DNA from: the human T2T-CHM13v2.0 reference genome, Homo sapiens
Direction: 5' to 3' (one strand)
DNA: 64,000 bases
Assembly (NCBI RefSeq): GCF_009914755.1
Contig: NC_060928.1
The translations under genes were made by a program, and so were the position numbers. Below are positions 56,139-64,000 of the stretch, one piece after another. Each line of letters begins with the position of its first letter. Positions within the stretch are counted from its first letter, which is position 1. Below the pieces are notes generated by a model. The model did not search any database. It saw nothing but the letters and a program-made list of their open reading frames with translations, and was not told the DNA's origin.

Positions 56139-56765
56139 GAGTTTGTTCTGCTAGAATGCTTGTTTGTAAAATGACAACTGGCTCCAATGCTATTGATATA
56201 TTAGGGAACAATCTGAGCACAATAAAATTTCTGATTTTGATCATGCACAATTTCGTCTCCCAGAAACACTAGGTGAATGAAGAAAACTGCATCTAGCTGA
56301 GCTACAGAGAAATACAAATGAGCCACAGAGAAATGCACAAAACACTCACACCTCAAATATCTACCACCTTCCTTGGTTCACCACATGTATTGTGAGACAC
56401 GCACATCCACATCAGGAGTTATGACCTTCCATCTGTTTTCAGATTACCCTCCTTCCACCACTGCAAAAGAATCACAACCTGCAGCTCTTCTTGCTGGAGA
56501 CTTCCCCAAGAAAACTTTAGGTCTTTTTTAAAGTAAACTGAAATATTTATTGTACTATTCATCATTCTTAATCATTTAACATATGTAAAATTGTGCTATC
56601 ATTTTTATTAGATGCCTATCTTTTATTTTGTGTGTCAATTACAAAGATTTTGTGTATTGTGTCCCTAACCCCATTTTTCCCATAAGACTTGTGATTTTTA
56701 TTGTTTGATTTGGCATAGTACAGTGACTTTTAGGAACATATATTGCATTATAACAGAACTGACTG
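56139..56765 (+). mobile_element. Tigger8-like DNA transposon
   Basis: TA|gagtttgttctgctagaatgc ... gcattataacagaactgactg|TA degenerate terminal inverted repeats; internal agaaacactaggtgaa. Confidence 0.75.
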
Positions 56766-57716
56766 TATAACCAAACAACTAAAGAGAAACAAGGTCTAAA
56801 AACATAAAGACCTTACAAAGTAAAAAAGTTGAAAGCACTTCAGACTGTGAAATGAATCCCACATCAGATATATTCCAGGGTGAAATTAAAATTTTATAAG
56901 CTTTATTTACCAGAGATACATTTGATGAAAAAATATAAGGATTCTATTTACCACAAATCTCAGGAATTCCCAGGACATGAAGGAATGCATGCAAAATTTT
57001 AGAAAAATAAAAACCACCTTTATTCTCTATTGCTATAGGAACTAGGATGTACTATGTTTTATATAACTTGAGTAAAATACTGACAAAAATTTACAATGTG
57101 GGCCATGGGAGAGCAGTCAAATCCAGAGGAATCCTTAAAAACAAAACAAACTCTTATAGGACATTCTCTTGTAAAACTCTAAATAGGTGTCTTATCAAAA
57201 CCTATCCAGAAAAATCTTATCTGAGAAACAGCACATATTATATTTTTTATTACAAATAAAAAATAACTTTTTCTCATGAGAAGGATAAAGACTAACTTGC
57301 TGAAAAATAACTCCAGTGCCAACTCTGAGACAAGGTAGGGTCAATCAGCCAGAGTTCAGAATCATAAACTTAACAAGGAAGAGAGCATGAGGTAAGTTCA
57401 GCTATATTTTTACGGCCTTGAATAAACGAAGACTTTGTTTCTGAAACACAAGTGACCTTTAGAGTAGCAAATAGTTTCCTCCTCAAAAACCCGTATTTCT
57501 GACCATGGCTATTTCCATGTACCACATCACTTAGGTTGAAATTTTAACTGAATAATCAAAGTAACACTTATTTAGCCTAGCAGTTATTTATTTGGCCAGC
57601 TGCTGTGATAACCACATCATGTTCCTGGGATAACTGTGCAATTTAACAATTCAGTTGCTTTTCCATTCCTGGACTCAATTTTTAACTCCAGGCTGCTAGA
57701 AGAATAATTTATATTA

Positions 57717-58038
<322 letters not shown>

Positions 58039-58474
58039 TTATCTTTCAGCCAACTTCGTGTTTACTGCCCAGGAACTCATAAAATGTGGCATGTAAGAAT
58101 CTCTTTTTACTGGCCACACAACAAAGATAAAAGAAGAATAAAATAATAAACAACTAGTTTTGGATTATTAACAAAAAACTAACCACCTTGTTTTCAGATT
58201 GGAAGTCAGTGAAATCACTCAGATATATCCAAAATCTCAAACAGATATTATACGTCCATATGGTAACTAAACATTCAGAGAGAATAATACAATTTTTGAG
58301 CAGAAACTAACTGCTATAGGAGTCTACAGAAGGACTACAGAAGATCTAATTTCTGTAGACTTTCATTTCTGTATTCTTACACCTATGACCTTTCTCCCTA
58401 AGAAACAAACTTGTTGAACTTACCTCCTGATTAAAAAGTACTCTGTAGAAATATTCATCAAAATAAATAAATAA

Positions 58475-60400
58475 ATAAGCTGATTAACAAAGAAGGAAAA
58501 GCAATTCAATGGGAAAAGGATAGTCTTTTCAACAAATGGTGTTGGAACTACTGAATGTTCACACACAAAATACATATGTAGACACAGACTTTATATTTTC
58601 CACAAAAATTAACTTTTCAAAATGAATCACAGATCTAAATGTAAAATTTTCTAAAACTAAAAAATTCCTGGAAAATGACATAGGAAAATATCTAGGTAAG
58701 CTTGTGTTTGGTGATGACTTTTTAGATACAACACCAAAAGCACAGACCCATGAAAGAAATATTGGTAAGTTTGACTTTATTAAAATTAAAAATTTGTGCT
58801 CTGTGAAAGACACTGTAAAGTGCACAAAAAGATGAGCCACACAGTGATACAAAAATCTTTGCTGGTATACAAAAGATACAAAGAACTCTTAAAATAGGAA
58901 AACAACTCAATTTTTTAAATGAGCAAAAAAAATCTAAACAAACCCTTGGCCAAAAGATGAACAAATGACAAATAAGTATAGGAAAAACATGTTGAATATC
59001 ATATGTCATTAGGGAATTGCAAATTAAAACAACAAAGAAATACCACTACACATCCATTAGAATGGCCAAAATCTAAAACACTGACAACACCAAATGCTGA
59101 CAAGGACATGGGGCAACAGGAACTCTCATTCACTGCTGAGTGGAATGCAAAATGGTACAGCCTCTTTGGAAGACACTTTGACAGTTTCTAACAAAACTAA
59201 ACATACTCTTACCATGTGATCCAGCAATCACGCAATTTGGCATTTACCCAAGTGAGTTGAAAATTTATGTCCACACCACACAAAAACTGCCCACAAATAA
59301 TTATAGCAGTTTTGTTAATAATTACTAAACTTTAGAAGCAATCAAAATGTCCCTCAATAAGTGAATGGATAAAGGAACTGTGGTACATCCATACAATGGA
59401 ATATTATTCAATAATAAAAATAAGTGAGCTATCAAGCCTCAAAAAGACATACAGGGGAAAATTTAATGCATATTTCTAATTGAAGACAATCTGAAAGGGC
59501 TACATACTATATGACTGCAACTATGATTGACCCTTGAATAACACAGATTTTGAACTGTGCAGGTCCACTTATAGGTGGATTTTTTCAAAGCTACATCAAA
59601 TATGCCTGCCTCCCATTCCACCTCCTCCACCTCTAAAATCCCTGAGTTAACAAGACCAACCACTCCTCTTACTCTTCCTCCTCAGTCTACTAAATGTGAG
59701 GTGACAAGGATGAAGACCTTTAATGATGATCCACTTGCACGTATTAGATACAAAATATATTTTCTCTTTCTTAAGATTTTCTTAGTGAAATTTCATTTTG
59801 TCTATCTTACTTTATTGTAAGAATACTGTACATAATACACATAACATACAAAATATGCATTAATCAAGTATTTACATTAAGCTTCTGGTCAACAGTAGGC
59901 TATTAGTAGTTAAGTTTTTGGGGAGTCAAAAGTTATACATCAATTTTCAACAGCACAGGGTTCAGTGCCCCTCCCCTGTGTTGTTCAAGGATCAATTGAT
60001 TATGAGATTCTGGAAAAGGCAAAACTATGGAGATAGTTAAAAAAAAAATCAATGACTGCTGGGCACTGGGGTGAAGGAGGGAGGGACGAATAGAGTACAG
60101 GAAATTTGGGGGCAGTGAAACTATTCTATATGACACTGTAGCAGTGGACATATGTCATTATGCATCTGTCAGAACCCATAGAATGAACAACGCAAAGAGT
60201 GAATTCTAATGTAAACTATAGATCTCAATAATAATGTATCAATATTGGTTCATCAAATGTAACAAGTGTACTGCACTAATGTAAGATGTTAATAATAGGG
60301 GAAAATGGGGGTAACACGAGGGTAGACATGGGAACTCTTCTGTAATTTATACTTAATTTTTCTGTTAATATACTTCAAAAAACAAAGTCTATTAATTAAA
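58475..60400 (+). mobile_element. L1MC-like ORF2 end and 3' UTR, interrupted by Tigger2a
   Basis: gatagtcttttcaacaaatggtgttgg...caacaggaactctcattcactgctg...ttctggaaaaggcaaaactatggaga...gtaagatgttaataataggggaa. Confidence 0.87.
59524..59998 (+). mobile_element. Tigger2a-like MITE
   Basis: Terminal inverted repeats ttgacccttgaataacac / gtgttgttcaaggatcaa; ggtcaacagtaggctattagtagttaagtttttggggagtcaaaagttatac. Confidence 0.88.
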
Positions 60401-60585
60401 ACTCACACACAAATAATTAAACTGAAGCTAAAATCAACTGCTAAATGTCACAATACAAGTAAAGAATATATAAACTAAAATATTAAAGTTCACTTTCTCC
60501 ATAAATATGACCTATACTTCTCTCTAAATTTGCCATGAGCTAATTCCCGAGAAGGAGCTCAGGGTACTCTTGACACTCTCTATGC

Positions 60586-63279
<2,694 letters not shown>

Positions 63280-63744
63280 TTGTATGCTTAAGGTTAAATT
63301 AGTTTCTTTTAAAGTGTTATTGTAGGAAACATGAAAAGTTTAAATGCAAGCACATTACTTACATTTTCCCCTTCTGCCTTCATTTTTTTCTCTCAATGTA
63401 AAGCAAACAGAATTATTAAGTATTATAGTGTTAGAAGGTACAATAAAGATCAATTAATCATCTCCACATTGCACTTTCTTAAAGTTGATTTTCGTTTATT
63501 TTGCTAAATGTTTTCTTTTTCTAGTATACAATTAGAAATCTAAAAACATAGGAAACCTGACTACCACTAGTTTAATGCAACTCTTATTTTTATTTATGCA
63601 ATAAATACTAAAAACTGATATCAATCCACACAAAAATTTTCTGCACTGCTAATGGTTTTACTTCTAAAAGTACACACATTCATCTCTTGGAGATCCTTCT
63701 AAGAATCCAAAATACTTATCTGAAACTGGTTCTAAGAAGTTAAC

Positions 63745-63941
63745 AAGGACACAGGAAGGGCAACATCACACACCGGTGCCTGTTGTGGGGTGGGGGGATG
63801 GGGGAGGGATAGCATTAGGAGATATACCTAATGTAAATAATGAGTTGATGGGTGCAGCACACCAAGATGGCACGTGTATACATGTGTAATAAGTCTGCAC
63901 GTTGTGCACATGTACCCTAGAACTTAAAGTATAATAAAAAA
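63745..63941 (+). mobile_element. 5'-truncated L1PA 3' end with 11-bp TSD AAGAAGTTAAC
   Basis: ggacacaggaagggcaacatcacacacc...gcacatgtaccctagaacttaaagtataataaaa; TSD at 63734-63744 and 63942-63952. Confidence 0.95.
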
Positions 63942-64000
63942 AAGAAGTTAACTGAAATTTTAATATAAGGACTTAATGTGTTTAGAAGATTACTTAGAGA

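Noticed and set aside
63787-63808. G-quadruplex motif GGGGTGGGGGGATGGGGGGAGGG
   Set aside because: Standard L1PA 3' UTR G-tract present in many thousands of copies.

Overview
Human (or very close primate) genomic DNA, about 37% GC by eye, lying entirely inside the PRDM5 gene on the minus strand. It holds two canonical PR/SET-domain coding exons (33619-33741 and 1371-1545, corresponding to exons 3 and 4), a 32-kb intron between them, and more than 30 kb of the upstream intron. The rest is typical intronic transposon debris: Alu, MIR, L1, L2, CR1/L3, MaLR/ERVL/ERV1 solo LTRs, a near full-length Tigger1 and a Charlie5-like hAT. Almost every entry in the ORF track is spurious. I see no new multi-gene system. 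Three observations stand out. (1) An alternative PRDM5 terminal exon appears to be built from three nested transposons: splice acceptor and an 11-codon DKNLGPAEWRG-stop from a MER52 LTR, body through MER1B, and AATAAA from an L1MA 3' end. (2) A 247-bp, about 96% identical inverted duplication flanks a 916-bp spacer. (3) An orphan GC-rich fragment fused to a 3'-truncated Alu sits inside the Charlie5 element. Repeat subfamily names come from memory of consensus sequences and need RepeatMasker/Dfam confirmation. Boundaries without a stated TSD are approximate.
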